From positions 1-64,000 of the IMG/VR virus record IMGVR_UViG_3300030107_001040: a DNA stretch of 64,000 nt; one strand, written 5' to 3'. The translations under genes were made by a program, and so were the position numbers. The notes beneath the pieces are model-generated. The model was not told the origin of the DNA and made no database searches. It saw only the letters and a list, made by a program, of their open reading frames with translations. How positions within the stretch are numbered: the first letter of the stretch is position 1; every line of letters starts with the position of its first letter. Origin of the DNA: a virus. Shown here piece after piece: positions 26,101-35,706 of this stretch.

Positions 26101-26189
26101 GTGGAGGACAAGGTGGATTAGCATCTGCTAGTATGGGTTCTCGTAATAGAATACAGTCAGCAATGTCATTAACTTTAAATACCATTTAA
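23118..26189 (+). CDS. Tape-measure/baseplate-hub-like protein 2 (paralog)
   Basis: 1023 aa; shares W.ANP.N..K and FLG blocks with the preceding gene. Confidence 0.6.
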   Translation: MAKISLAKFTPYTPIAAGVATQAAASQESKAGSVYMAKSIQAFNNLGNTLNSFGGVLNDIRKIELKRLESERLKLRKSAFKPMYGKGEMPKFAGFINDYIGRGAPKFWEALVNFFTALLKFAIIRPALKWLANPENHQKIKKVLETLASVFKWISNFLRGRIVNTINGLYDMLRDDATWWQRLTGFAKSFVNLGALFLGLRWLTNPVRLIKDVRWVLTTFYKSLTRFHKGLLRGRAGRLMGGKWGTAAKVVTAVAGTAYLGKKALELGDDDQPALVDGDLPQRAKGGWVTGPDSGYAVSTSPGKGSPEFIGHGTEYVAKKADGSSFVIPFNNFATRQMPGLTMANMQMAHAQGFDLPNSLPRLSGKEQFLGGVGSWFKNKFTDNKGISSLWHKPKQQKPMTFGQKFAAGNKGWQGRLGDWMKGGGAAQIGGSLFGNKGASIGGALTTLFGGGGSGEGGKATGWDIFKSIGGIASTFIKPGSKASNILGMAGGIGNMMFGPGGEGMSFGQKLGGLAQQFLGGTPVGGAISAIAGSGGLSGGIDSLGGGVGGGHSGGGGGPGSQGSGGMYQKKQGGGRMAVTATGKQILSKGYSVFNHPDFKNNKWKKGPPNRGGAHKPGGGQRHPKGGLYGLGLGLDAAWYGPGNKSAKANSLAGEMFGNRDGAKLTNIVSDGWGSWTEGGSKKGPGGYGYPGVVHLGFADRQVAGSGVMGMGEADYTRMKQAIIANAGDAGPEGMALAARSIFNQANAIDGGTGSSAFRGAKTMSDILGNLGIGSGKYSPNQLGKADEAIQMAFNTPAMGKMMTNLGLSEPYQALLLNSTTFKKGGTPFGIGSDPIGKFKNLTFAANDPKIGEIWKKSGIGDTEDARNQLDKENKGYVSPRERKFGPQPKSSGSSTGAEMSSPSSAASGSILGASAKGTSSNIVSGKASGNEQDRRESYHMKKIHRERARAQEGIMGRTQRLVQETMQQVESHNAGVRSSVAEAQAFVQKAMQGGGGQGGLASASMGSRNRIQSAMSLTLNTI

Positions 26190-26192
26190 ATT

Positions 26193-27569
26193 ATGCCTAT
26201 AAAAAGAACTAATGCTGGTGAAATAGGTTATCGTCTAAGTCTTTATAGGAACGGTAAACGGTTAAAGAATGAAGAAGGTGCATGGAACCTTATAAACTTC
26301 TGTAGAGGTTGGGAGATTCGTGAATCTATTGATTCTGCAACTATGGAAGCGTCTTTTATATTTGAAGATGCTGCTGGATTGCTCAATTCTATGACTGGAT
26401 CTGAAACACTTAAACTACAGGTTCAGAGTTCTCTTGTTGACAAGGATTATAATTTTATAATATATCAGATACATTCTCGTTCTAGATCAAATCAAGGTAA
26501 TGATGTCTTCATGGTTGAATGTGTTTCGGAAGAGTATATAAGGAATGAAACGCTTACACTTTTTGGACAGTCGGATAGAATTTTTAAAGGTAGAACGGAA
26601 GCATCTTACATAATAAGACAATTGCTTACAAAAGATGCATGGATAGGATCAAAGAAAAATCTATACTTAGAAGAAACGATTAACAATCAACAGTTTGTTT
26701 CACCTAATTGGAGACCATTTGACGCAATTTATTGGATGGCTCAAAGGAGTGTTAGAAAATCTCAAAAGGGTGGTGCATTACAGAATGGTTTTATGTTCTA
26801 TGAGAATGGAATGGGATATCATTTCAGATCTTTAGATAAATTGGTTGATGATATTAATGAACAGACTATGGAAAAGGATACTGATCCTAAGACTGGTAAA
26901 GCAAGGATGTACAAGTATTACTACACTCCCAAAAAGATGAGTGGTGATGCGTTAGACATCTATACTATTGATGGTATTACATTCCCTGAAGAAAAGAATT
27001 TATTGAATGTTCTTAGAGATGGTAATTTTGCTGGATATACTGCTGGATTTGATCCAGTAACCATTACACAATCCAAGATGGGATTGAGTAAAGAAACAAG
27101 TACAGAAAGTCCTGCATATGGTCTTGATAGGTTATGGAGTAAAATGTCTCATCTTAATGGTAAGACAACTGTTAACCCTATGACTCAAATGGATAGGAAG
27201 ATCAAATCAGCAGTTGCTAAACCAAGAAGAGTTAGATATAATCTTTTACCTAATCAGTCATTTGATCCTAAGTTTGTAATGAATCCTCAAGCGAATATGC
27301 AGGAACTGGCAGAATTACAGGCATATCAATATATGAGAATAGAATCTATTAGGAATATACAGTTGGTTATAACTGTTCCAGGTAATTTAGATCTTTATGT
27401 TGGGTGTGGTATTGATGTGCAGATCCCTGCTACGTTTAAAGCAGGTAGAAAGACACAGATTGATAAGAAGTATAGTGGTAAATATATGATTTCAAAAGTT
27501 AAGCATTCAACAACAGGTCATATTTTGGAGACAGAACTCAGACTAATGAAGGATTCTGTGCTAAGATAG
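26193..27569 (+). CDS. Putative baseplate hub protein (gp27-like)
   Basis: PNWRPF, FYEN..GYHFRSLD, VPGN, SGKY.I..V.H pattern; lies between the tape-measure-like genes and gp5. Confidence 0.6.
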   Translation: MPIKRTNAGEIGYRLSLYRNGKRLKNEEGAWNLINFCRGWEIRESIDSATMEASFIFEDAAGLLNSMTGSETLKLQVQSSLVDKDYNFIIYQIHSRSRSNQGNDVFMVECVSEEYIRNETLTLFGQSDRIFKGRTEASYIIRQLLTKDAWIGSKKNLYLEETINNQQFVSPNWRPFDAIYWMAQRSVRKSQKGGALQNGFMFYENGMGYHFRSLDKLVDDINEQTMEKDTDPKTGKARMYKYYYTPKKMSGDALDIYTIDGITFPEEKNLLNVLRDGNFAGYTAGFDPVTITQSKMGLSKETSTESPAYGLDRLWSKMSHLNGKTTVNPMTQMDRKIKSAVAKPRRVRYNLLPNQSFDPKFVMNPQANMQELAELQAYQYMRIESIRNIQLVITVPGNLDLYVGCGIDVQIPATFKAGRKTQIDKKYSGKYMISKVKHSTTGHILETELRLMKDSVLR

Positions 27570-27597
27570 GATAAATAATTTCAGTTGAAGTCTACTT

Positions 27598-27888
27598 ATG
27601 ACAACTATGAGCGAATTCGGAGAGAACCCTCAAGCGAAAAGATCTCATGACTTAGACCATGAAGTGTATATTGATCCAAAGGATCATAAAGAACATACTA
27701 ATCATGGTATGCATGAGTATAGCGAGGAAGATTTAAAAAACGTATCAGCAAATTATGATGAATACCATAAGGGTGATGAGCCTGAAACTGGTATCAACGA
27801 TTATCATCTCAGACACCAGGATAAGCAACTAGATCAGTATTGCGACAATCATCCTGATGCTTTTGAGTGCCGAGTGTATGACGAATGA
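27598..27888 (+). CDS. cp12: CP12-like Calvin cycle inhibitor
   Basis: C-terminal YCDNHPDAFECRVYDE matches the CP12 C-terminal Cys pair. Confidence 0.8.
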   Translation: MTTMSEFGENPQAKRSHDLDHEVYIDPKDHKEHTNHGMHEYSEEDLKNVSANYDEYHKGDEPETGINDYHLRHQDKQLDQYCDNHPDAFECRVYDE

Positions 27889-28339
27889 TATTGATGCCTT
27901 TCTTTTAGGACACTGGCACAATAGATCTCAAGCACAATCTAATCCTCATATCTACGCACAAACTGAAGTAGTTTGGAAGAAAGAGGATGATTGGTATTTT
28001 TCTAAAAATTTTTATAGGGTGGATGGTCCTACAAGTCCATACCGTGAAGGAAAACATAAATTTCATTATGTAACTGATACTATTGGTGTTATGGAGAACT
28101 ATCGTTCAGATGGTTCAAGACAAGAACAGTGTGATATGCATTTCAAATTTAATGAAATGAGTAAATCTTGGCATGGGAGATTGGATAGTGACATGTGTAC
28201 TGGAACAAGAGGAAATAGGATTGTTTCAGAGATCCATTTATATGGCGATAAACTACAAAGTAGGGATCAAGGGTTCTATGAAGATGGAACTTGGGCGTGG
28301 GGAAGTGATAATCTTTACAAATTTTTGCGGAAATCTTAA
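27878..28339 (+). CDS. cpeT: CpeT/CpcT-type phycobiliprotein lyase
   Basis: G.W.N..QA..NP, PYR, CDM.F, SRDQGF...G..AWGS. Confidence 0.85.
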   Translation: MTNDIDAFLLGHWHNRSQAQSNPHIYAQTEVVWKKEDDWYFSKNFYRVDGPTSPYREGKHKFHYVTDTIGVMENYRSDGSRQEQCDMHFKFNEMSKSWHGRLDSDMCTGTRGNRIVSEIHLYGDKLQSRDQGFYEDGTWAWGSDNLYKFLRKS

Positions 28340-28411
28340 AAGATCCTTATAAATAGACGTTTTTGTGTTGAATCGCTTATAATTACTTACACAAAACAAA
28401 AAAATCCAGGA

Positions 28412-28579
28412 ATGACTTACCAAAGCCAAACCTTAGTACAAGAAAATTTACAACGATTATCTGATTCGGAGTGGGTGGAGATGATCGCAATCAAACAAGC
28501 TATTAGTGAAAATCCCGCTTCAGTACATCCAGACAAGATGGAGTATTTTACTGAATTGCTGGTGAGGTCACATTCATGA
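28412..28579 (+). CDS. Hypothetical protein (55 aa)
   Basis: Manual translation ...EWVEMIAIKQAISENPASVHPDKMEYFTELLVRS; late TATAAATA at 28348-28355. Confidence 0.65.
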   Translation: MTYQSQTLVQENLQRLSDSEWVEMIAIKQAISENPASVHPDKMEYFTELLVRSHS

Positions 28580-28737
28580 GTGGGGATGGGCATCCAAAAG
28601 ACCAACCACTAATCTTCTATAGTGACGAGATGACTACTGCTAAGAAGATACTTCTTAATAAGAAACAAGAAGTTATTGAGATCCAAGGAGTGATGTTTCA
28701 GAAAAGATGGAGAACGGGCAGTCCCATGCAGGGATAA
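28576..28737 (+). CDS. Hypothetical protein (53 aa)
   Basis: MSGDGHPKDQPLIFYSDEMT...; ATGA-coupled. Confidence 0.6.
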   Translation: MSGDGHPKDQPLIFYSDEMTTAKKILLNKKQEVIEIQGVMFQKRWRTGSPMQG

Positions 28738-28761
28738 ATAATAAAAAAACTGCCTAGAAGA

Positions 28762-31305
28762 ATGAAGCTAATTGACGGTATTCAACATGAGAACGGTACT
28801 GGATTTGTCGGTAAGGACGGTTTTTTCTGGTGGGTTGGTGAAGTTGAGGATAACGAAGATCCAATGGAATTGGGTCGTGTAAAAGTTCGTATCCTTGGTT
28901 ACTATACAAATTTTAGAGGTGGGACTACAGCAGATCTTCCTACTGATGGATTGCCTTGGGCTACAGTATTACAACATACTTCTCAAGCAGGTAATGATGG
29001 ACAAGGAGAATCTTCAGGACAGTTACAGCCTGGTGCTGTTGTTATGGGATTCTTTATGGATGGAGAATCTGCTCAAATGCCAATAGTTATTGGTGTTATG
29101 AGAATAAGAAAGTCTAATGATACCAGAGGTATTAATGCTTTTGCTTTCTCAGATTTAACCAGTGCAGACGGTGTTGCACCTAATCCATCTGCTATTCATC
29201 CTGCAGAGAAAAATACTGTTAGACCACTTAGACCTTTAAGACAAAGTATAAGCAATAACGTTGCTTATCCAGGTCAGATGTATTCTGAGGCAGGAGGAGA
29301 TGGGTCTCCAAGAAATGTTGGATCATCTTTAGGAGTTGATGGAAGTAGTGGTAATCCTATTAAACCAACAAATCCAGTTAAACCTCTTCCTGCTGCTAAT
29401 GGTGTTGGTGGTCCTTGGAAGACGTTAGAATATAAATTATCTTATTTAATTGAAGACTTAGCAAATTCTGCTTCAACTCTAGTTAAGATTGATAGTTCAC
29501 AGTATTTGGATCTTGTTACTGGAAAATATGTTAAGAAAGGAGATTTAACTTCAAGACTTGAGAATTATATAACTGTTATCTATTCTCAGGTAGTTTCTGC
29601 TATGCGTTCTTCTGTAGCAAATTTAGCAGAAGAATTGAAGATTTCTAATATCCTTAGAGATTCTACAGGTGTTCCTTTTTCTTCTTATAATAATATTCAG
29701 CAATCAGTTAGCACGATTTTAACCTCTTTATGCCAACTTGATTCTAATATTGCGGTTTATAAAAAGGCAACTCTTTCAACTGTTACAGGATATATTGACG
29801 GATATTTGGCAGGTAATAGTCTTTCAACCAAGCCTGAGCTGGTTATGACAACTGTAAACACCCTTATTGATGATATTGTTCTTAATAGTATGAAAATTAC
29901 TATGGGTGTTGGAGATGTTGTTAAGAGTGTTAAAACTCAAGTCGCTGCAATAGATAAGAATGCTACTAAGATTATTGATGAATGGGAGAAGGGAAGTGGT
30001 ATATACGAATTCAATACTAATATTTTTAATACAACTGAAACTAATCTTACTGGATTAATGAAGTTGTTGGTTAAATTTACAGATAGTAATTGTACGAGAA
30101 CTACTGTAGGTGGAACAGACACGATTGGTTGGTTCCCTTTATTTGGTGTTACTCGTTGTACTGGAACTGATTTAGATGCAATTAATAAGTTAAGAGGTAA
30201 GAGTACTACTGATAATGTTGATCTGTATGAGTCTATGTTTGAGAAAGCAGATCCTAACATGACTACTGCTAAGAATTATCCGAATGGTTCATATGATCTA
30301 TATCTTGGAACACCTGGTCGTTTAGGTCAAGTTCATAAGAAAGTAAATGGAACAACTCATACGTCTATATCATTTAATAATGCTGTTTTAGCAGAGAAAG
30401 AAATAAGAGATAAGTTAAGGAAGGAAGAAAGACATTCTCTTTGGAGTGATGAGACAATAGAAGATACGGTAAAAGAATTTGTTGATGATGCAGTTAATAA
30501 AGGTGGTGATACTGGTAATCTAGTTGCAGATCATGTTTCCTATGCTGGAACACTTACCCAAGAAGTTCATGGTGATGATTGTAAAATGGTCAACCATGAC
30601 TATGTTCGCACCATTGAAGGTGATTATCTTTTAAAGATAACTGGTAATTGTCATATTGAAGTGGGTGGTGGATTCTTCTTTAGTGCTGAAGGAGCTCCTG
30701 TATCTGTTAATAAGCATGGTGCTACTAGAGGTACTCTAGTTCAGAAGCATTCACTTAGGTTTGGATCAGATGTTGATATGAATGTTGTTGGTGCTGCTTT
30801 TGAATTACAGGGTGCAGAATGCAACTTGGCATCAATATCAACTAAAATATCTGGAAGTTTGTTTGAGAACTCATGTTATCAGCAAACAATGAGTGGTGTA
30901 GAGATCTCAATGACTGCAGATAATTCTATTGAAATGGTCACACCACATATACTACAATTAATTAATTGTGAACCTTCTACTACAACAAAGAAAGTCGTTG
31001 GATTACGTACTGTTGTTGTTGGTGGAGTGGAAACTATTGTTAATCCCAAGAATGCTAAGGAATATGAAGTGAAATTGGATTCTAAAAATGCCGCTTATGC
31101 CTTACCTATTGCTGATAAGTTGTATAAGGTTGATGCGACTGGTGGAACTGTTGACCTAATTGCTGGTGCTGCCGACCCATTTGCTGTCACCACAGAAACT
31201 GATACTAGTACCAGTTCTAGTTCTGATGGTGGTATCAATACGTCGTCCAGCTCTTCCAGTACGTCCACTTCAACAACTGGCGGAGGTAACTTGACACTCG
31301 CCTAG
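28762..31305 (+). CDS. gp5: Baseplate central spike gp5
   Basis: WWVGEVED..DP..LGRVKVRI.G, LPWA, V.GFFMDG..AQ.P OB-fold; VxG beta-helix repeats. Confidence 0.9.
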   Translation: MKLIDGIQHENGTGFVGKDGFFWWVGEVEDNEDPMELGRVKVRILGYYTNFRGGTTADLPTDGLPWATVLQHTSQAGNDGQGESSGQLQPGAVVMGFFMDGESAQMPIVIGVMRIRKSNDTRGINAFAFSDLTSADGVAPNPSAIHPAEKNTVRPLRPLRQSISNNVAYPGQMYSEAGGDGSPRNVGSSLGVDGSSGNPIKPTNPVKPLPAANGVGGPWKTLEYKLSYLIEDLANSASTLVKIDSSQYLDLVTGKYVKKGDLTSRLENYITVIYSQVVSAMRSSVANLAEELKISNILRDSTGVPFSSYNNIQQSVSTILTSLCQLDSNIAVYKKATLSTVTGYIDGYLAGNSLSTKPELVMTTVNTLIDDIVLNSMKITMGVGDVVKSVKTQVAAIDKNATKIIDEWEKGSGIYEFNTNIFNTTETNLTGLMKLLVKFTDSNCTRTTVGGTDTIGWFPLFGVTRCTGTDLDAINKLRGKSTTDNVDLYESMFEKADPNMTTAKNYPNGSYDLYLGTPGRLGQVHKKVNGTTHTSISFNNAVLAEKEIRDKLRKEERHSLWSDETIEDTVKEFVDDAVNKGGDTGNLVADHVSYAGTLTQEVHGDDCKMVNHDYVRTIEGDYLLKITGNCHIEVGGGFFFSAEGAPVSVNKHGATRGTLVQKHSLRFGSDVDMNVVGAAFELQGAECNLASISTKISGSLFENSCYQQTMSGVEISMTADNSIEMVTPHILQLINCEPSTTTKKVVGLRTVVVGGVETIVNPKNAKEYEVKLDSKNAAYALPIADKLYKVDATGGTVDLIAGAADPFAVTTETDTSTSSSSDGGINTSSSSSSTSTSTTGGGNLTLA

Positions 31306-31344
31306 ACCCGTGATATGATACATAGGTAATTGAGAGACACCTTA

Positions 31345-31557
31345 ATGTCCAATCAAAGTTTTAGCCCATCTGACGATACTGCTCTTGAGCATGTATTTGT
31401 GAACCTATCTAAGCGTCAAGTAAAAATTCTTGATGAAGAGGGTTATGAGGCAGACGTAAACTGGAACTGGGAATCCAGTGGCACTAATGGTTTTGTTGAA
31501 ACCCTTGCTGCTATTCGGGAAGTAGTTCCTGCAGACCAAGTTACAATTTATGACTGA
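31345..31557 (+). CDS. Hypothetical protein
   Basis: ATG at 31345 after TTGACA-N17-TATGAT. Confidence 0.65.
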   Translation: MSNQSFSPSDDTALEHVFVNLSKRQVKILDEEGYEADVNWNWESSGTNGFVETLAAIREVVPADQVTIYD

Positions 31558-31849
31558 TATCCAAGATATTACAGAAGAAGAGGCAGTTTCAAACCTGCCT
31601 TTTCTTCTCACAATGACTGAAAGGAATAGAACTATATGGCGTATTAAGAGACCTGACGGAGCAGTTGCTCTATTATCTCCCGTCTTACAGTCTGGACCAC
31701 CAGTTGATAATGAAGTTTTAGATCAAGTGGAGGAGTTCCGTAAGAACTTTATCGAAAATGAAAATCCCGAATTGGCAGCATCACAGCAAAAAGGAGGCGA
31801 AGAGAACTCTGAAACCTCAAGCGTTGAGAGCAGCCAAGAAGAGACTTAA
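31550..31849 (+). CDS. Hypothetical protein, weakly Phd/YefM-like N-terminus
   Basis: ITEEEAVSNLPFLL...IWRIKRPDGAVALLSP. Confidence 0.55.
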   Translation: MTDIQDITEEEAVSNLPFLLTMTERNRTIWRIKRPDGAVALLSPVLQSGPPVDNEVLDQVEEFRKNFIENENPELAASQQKGGEENSETSSVESSQEET

Positions 31850-31880
31850 AGTTCTTAAGAAACAATTGTTATGGAAGTAA
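31758..31880 (+). CDS. Small basic protein (40 aa)
   Basis: MKIPNWQHHSKKEAKRTLKPQALRAAKKRLKVLKKQLLWK. Confidence 0.6.
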   Translation: MKIPNWQHHSKKEAKRTLKPQALRAAKKRLKVLKKQLLWK

Positions 31881-32473
31881 AAGCATATGAGAACCCTTTA
31901 CCTTTTATATACATAGAAAACCTTTATACTGAAGAGGAATTAAAAGGTATATGGGCAGAACTTGACTATTATCAAGCGAATGGTAATATCTTAGGTAATG
32001 GTACTAGACCAGCAAAGGATGAAAATGATCAAGAGAAAACGGTAAAGACTGGTATATTCACTGATAATGTATTTTACAATAGAGAACATTCTAATATTCT
32101 CACATTAAATAGAAAGATATTTGAAAATAATATCATTTGCGATAATCCTGATAGTTGGTATTTTAGACATTTCTCACCTAATCAGGATTTTACTTTAACA
32201 TCATATTATGAAGATGGTGGGGTTTACCTACCACATACAGATAATGCTAATGTTACAGTGATTACATGGTTATATAAAGAACCTAAGAAGTTCAAAGGAG
32301 GAGATTTTCATTTTCCAGAACATAATATAGATATAAAATGTCTTCATAATCATGCAGTTGCTTTTCCTGGACAAGCAGCTCATGCAGTTGATATGGTTAA
32401 GATGGATAAAGAAGATTGCGGTAAAGGTCTAGGAAGATATGCTATTTCACAGTTCCTATCATTTAAAGATTAA
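31871..32473 (+). CDS. 2OG-Fe(II) oxygenase
   Basis: HTD, F.GG, H.V, R.AISQF. Confidence 0.88.
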   Translation: MEVKAYENPLPFIYIENLYTEEELKGIWAELDYYQANGNILGNGTRPAKDENDQEKTVKTGIFTDNVFYNREHSNILTLNRKIFENNIICDNPDSWYFRHFSPNQDFTLTSYYEDGGVYLPHTDNANVTVITWLYKEPKKFKGGDFHFPEHNIDIKCLHNHAVAFPGQAAHAVDMVKMDKEDCGKGLGRYAISQFLSFKD

Positions 32474-32475
32474 TT

Positions 32476-32628
32476 ATGACTAAAAAAACATACGAAACAG
32501 TTGATAAGAAAGGTCGTCAGTCTACATGGGAATGGGAGGAAACTCCAGAACTCCTGGCTGCACTTAGTAAGTTGCGTAAGTCCACGGAACAATTACACAA
32601 TGACATACGGGAGAAAACCAATGACTGA
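32476..32628 (+). CDS. Hypothetical protein (50 aa)
   Basis: Manual translation MTKKTYETVDKKGRQSTWEWEETPELL... Confidence 0.6.
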   Translation: MTKKTYETVDKKGRQSTWEWEETPELLAALSKLRKSTEQLHNDIREKTND

Positions 32629-32863
32629 TTTAAGAGTAGTCCCTGCTATTGATCCAGTAGGTTCTGATAGAAGAGAGCGTGTTTATGAAGTTTTAGGAGA
32701 TTATATCAACGATAAAAATGTTGGTGCTCAAGAAACTTATGAAGAAGTACTTGCTGAGGTTGAAGGTTGGATCAAGTTTCATAGTGATAGTTTAGAAAAG
32801 GCAAGTGAGCTTTACAATCTTCTGATTGGTCGTGGATTAGAAAAGGCAAAGGAAAACTTATAA
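32621..32863 (+). CDS. Hypothetical protein
   Basis: ATG at 32621 with SD GGAG. Confidence 0.65.
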   Translation: MTDLRVVPAIDPVGSDRRERVYEVLGDYINDKNVGAQETYEEVLAEVEGWIKFHSDSLEKASELYNLLIGRGLEKAKENL

Positions 32864-32895
32864 ATAGACCTGTAGCCAATAGTGTGAATTGAAAC

Positions 32896-34212
32896 GTGGG
32901 AACCAAAAAGATTTCTCAGTTAGAAACGATTTCAGACGCTAACCTGTCTGGGGAAGCAATTCTTCCAGTGGTTGTTTCTGACCCATTGATTCCTAACAGA
33001 AAAGCAAAAGTTAATCAGTTATTCAGAGGCGTTGCTCAAGGAACCAAGGCGGCTCCTGGCATAGCTTTTGATCTCGATAGAGATTCTGGAGTATATCAAA
33101 ACGCATATGACCAGATAGGAGTTGCATTTGGTGATGGTGGTCTTTATATGAGCCGCATTACTAATAGTGCAACTAGCACATCTTTATATGTAACAGCAGT
33201 TGATGATATTGCAGATAATTCAGATATTGTATTAGCACCAAAAGGAACGGGTGTTGTTAAAGTAACAGGTCAGTTCTTGATGGATGATGGATCCTTTATC
33301 TTAGAAGATGCTCAAGGTCCGAAAGCAAGATTTGAAGTAAGTAATGTCGGTACTGGAACGAATACTCGTATATTTACCTTACCTGCTATTACTGCTGGTA
33401 ATGGAACAACTATTGTTGGTGATGATACACAGCAAACTTTAAGGAACAAGACAATCCTCATAGACGAGGATAATCTTGTTGTTACTGATAGCACTAATGA
33501 AGCTATTTTCCAGATTAACTGGGCGATTACTTCTGGTGCTCGTAGATCATATTTACTACCTGATGGTGGAACTGTTACTACTACTGCAGAACCTACAGCT
33601 ACTTCATCTACATTATTAGATACGAAATCAGAACAAACGGTATTAAACAAAACATTTGTTATGCCGAAAATTATTGCTGGTGCAGACTCAACTGTTTCTG
33701 CTCAGTTTAATGTTGATGCTGTATCTTCTAATAGGATTGTATCAATCCCTGATACTAACCTTACAATGGTTGGTACTGATACTACACAGGTTATAAAGAA
33801 CAAGACATATGAAACTCTAGTTCTTCAAGATCCTACTGATCCTACTAAAAAAATTACCTTTAATGTTTCTAATCAGAATACATTTTCAAATGAAACATTT
33901 ATAGTTCCAGCAACGACTGCACTAAATAATAGCGGTGCTAATAATGTAATTGCAACGGAACTAGCAACACAAAGTCTTTCTAATAAGACTCTGGTTGATC
34001 CTAAAGTTAAAGCGATAAACAATTCATATAATATTTCACTTTCTGGTGATAACCTTACTGGAGATAGGGTAATTAGATTCCCAGACGCAGACGCAACTCT
34101 GTTATCTACAGTAAACGTTACGTTAGATGACGTTACATTTGGTGCTGGTATCGCAGCAGCAACCTTAGCAGGTCGGACACGACAACAACAATTCTTTTAC
34201 GCAGGTTTTTAA
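32896..34212 (+). CDS. Virion structural/fibre protein
   Basis: KISQL N-terminus, repeated QTL.NKT motifs; late TATAAATA at 32859-32866. Confidence 0.75.
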   Translation: MGTKKISQLETISDANLSGEAILPVVVSDPLIPNRKAKVNQLFRGVAQGTKAAPGIAFDLDRDSGVYQNAYDQIGVAFGDGGLYMSRITNSATSTSLYVTAVDDIADNSDIVLAPKGTGVVKVTGQFLMDDGSFILEDAQGPKARFEVSNVGTGTNTRIFTLPAITAGNGTTIVGDDTQQTLRNKTILIDEDNLVVTDSTNEAIFQINWAITSGARRSYLLPDGGTVTTTAEPTATSSTLLDTKSEQTVLNKTFVMPKIIAGADSTVSAQFNVDAVSSNRIVSIPDTNLTMVGTDTTQVIKNKTYETLVLQDPTDPTKKITFNVSNQNTFSNETFIVPATTALNNSGANNVIATELATQSLSNKTLVDPKVKAINNSYNISLSGDNLTGDRVIRFPDADATLLSTVNVTLDDVTFGAGIAAATLAGRTRQQQFFYAGF

Positions 34213-34218
34213 TTAACA

Positions 34219-35670
34219 ATGGCTAATCAAGGTATTCTGGCAAAAGGCAAACCAGGCAATAGTCTCGCTGTATTATACAGTTGTCCTATTGACAAATCTG
34301 CTAGTACTGTTCTTCACGTGGCAAACGATGGTACTGGTGCTGCCATTGATGTAGCAATAAAAGATTTTGATCAAAAATTAACTGTAGACGGTTCGGGAGC
34401 ATATAAACTACACAAAGGCGATGTAATTACTGAATTTAATGTTCAAGTAAACAGTCCTTTTCAATCTGGTGTGTTCACTGGAGGACAATCAATAACTTCT
34501 TCTGATGGAGAAAAAACTCTTAAATTTGAATCTTTATTAACACCTGCCTATACTGAAGTTTTTGTTAAATCAATCTCAATAAGAGCAATTACTGTTGAAT
34601 CTTTAACAGGATCATTTGCTGTAGGAGAAACACTTACTAAAGGATCAGGTAGTGATACAACTACTGCAGTAATTTACGGAGTTAATACTAGCACTAATAT
34701 AGTTTATATTGGTGCTTCTACGATCAATGGATCTGGAGCTGAATTTGCTGCAGGTGATAGTGTTGCTAACACTGGTGCTACTGCATCTGCAACCATTGCA
34801 TCTGGTGGTGTCGCAACTGCTGCTAATAAATTCGTATTTTCAACAACAACTGCTGGTGGAACATATGATCTTTACTTAGTTAGTGCTGGTAATACATTAC
34901 CACTATTCGCTGATAGAGCATATCGTTTCAACGTTGCTGACGCTTCAATGTCAAGTAAAGATTTTTCAATCTCTACTACATTGAATGGTGAGTGGGGTCC
35001 TGATGGTACTGCTGGAAACTCTGATGACGGCGCAGAATATACTACTGGTAGAACAACTAATGGTACTGCTGGATCTTCTGGAGCATATGTTCAGTATGAT
35101 TTTTCTGCCAATGCTTCATTACAAGCATTGATGTATTGGTATGAAGGAACAACTGGTACTGCTGCTAACTCAAGTTATGGTGGTAGTGACGCATACTTCT
35201 CTACAAATACAACTCCAACATGGAAAGATTTTTATGTTTATGATGTAACAGGAACATGGACAACTAGCGATAGTTTCTTATTCGGTGGTGTTACTTATAC
35301 ACTTACTGCTGTTAACTCTGGTGCATTTGGTTATGTTCGTAGTTACAGTTCAACAACATTATATGTTGTTAAAGGTGCAGAGTCTGCTGACTTCGCTGGC
35401 TCAGATACATTTAAGGATTGTCCGAAAGTTAATACTGCAACTCGTTCAACCGTTACTGTAAGTAGTGTTGCTGTTGCAACTACTGCTGTTGAGGCAGAAA
35501 ATTATATTATTGATGGAGTATCCGTTGGTAACAATGCAATTAATAGAACTACATCATTGGTCATTGGACCTGGTGAGAAACTGTTAGCATTAAGTGCCAC
35601 AGCAAATAATGTTTTTAGCCTGATTGGCTTTGAAGATGCTAGTGCTGCTTTCACTACTAGAACCTTCTAA
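34219..35670 (+). CDS. Virion structural protein
   Basis: Thr/Ser/Gly-rich beta protein in the late cluster. Confidence 0.7.
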   Translation: MANQGILAKGKPGNSLAVLYSCPIDKSASTVLHVANDGTGAAIDVAIKDFDQKLTVDGSGAYKLHKGDVITEFNVQVNSPFQSGVFTGGQSITSSDGEKTLKFESLLTPAYTEVFVKSISIRAITVESLTGSFAVGETLTKGSGSDTTTAVIYGVNTSTNIVYIGASTINGSGAEFAAGDSVANTGATASATIASGGVATAANKFVFSTTTAGGTYDLYLVSAGNTLPLFADRAYRFNVADASMSSKDFSISTTLNGEWGPDGTAGNSDDGAEYTTGRTTNGTAGSSGAYVQYDFSANASLQALMYWYEGTTGTAANSSYGGSDAYFSTNTTPTWKDFYVYDVTGTWTTSDSFLFGGVTYTLTAVNSGAFGYVRSYSSTTLYVVKGAESADFAGSDTFKDCPKVNTATRSTVTVSSVAVATTAVEAENYIIDGVSVGNNAINRTTSLVIGPGEKLLALSATANNVFSLIGFEDASAAFTTRTF

Positions 35671-35706
35671 TTTGTAATAAATAACCATATATAAGCGCAG
35701 TAGGAA

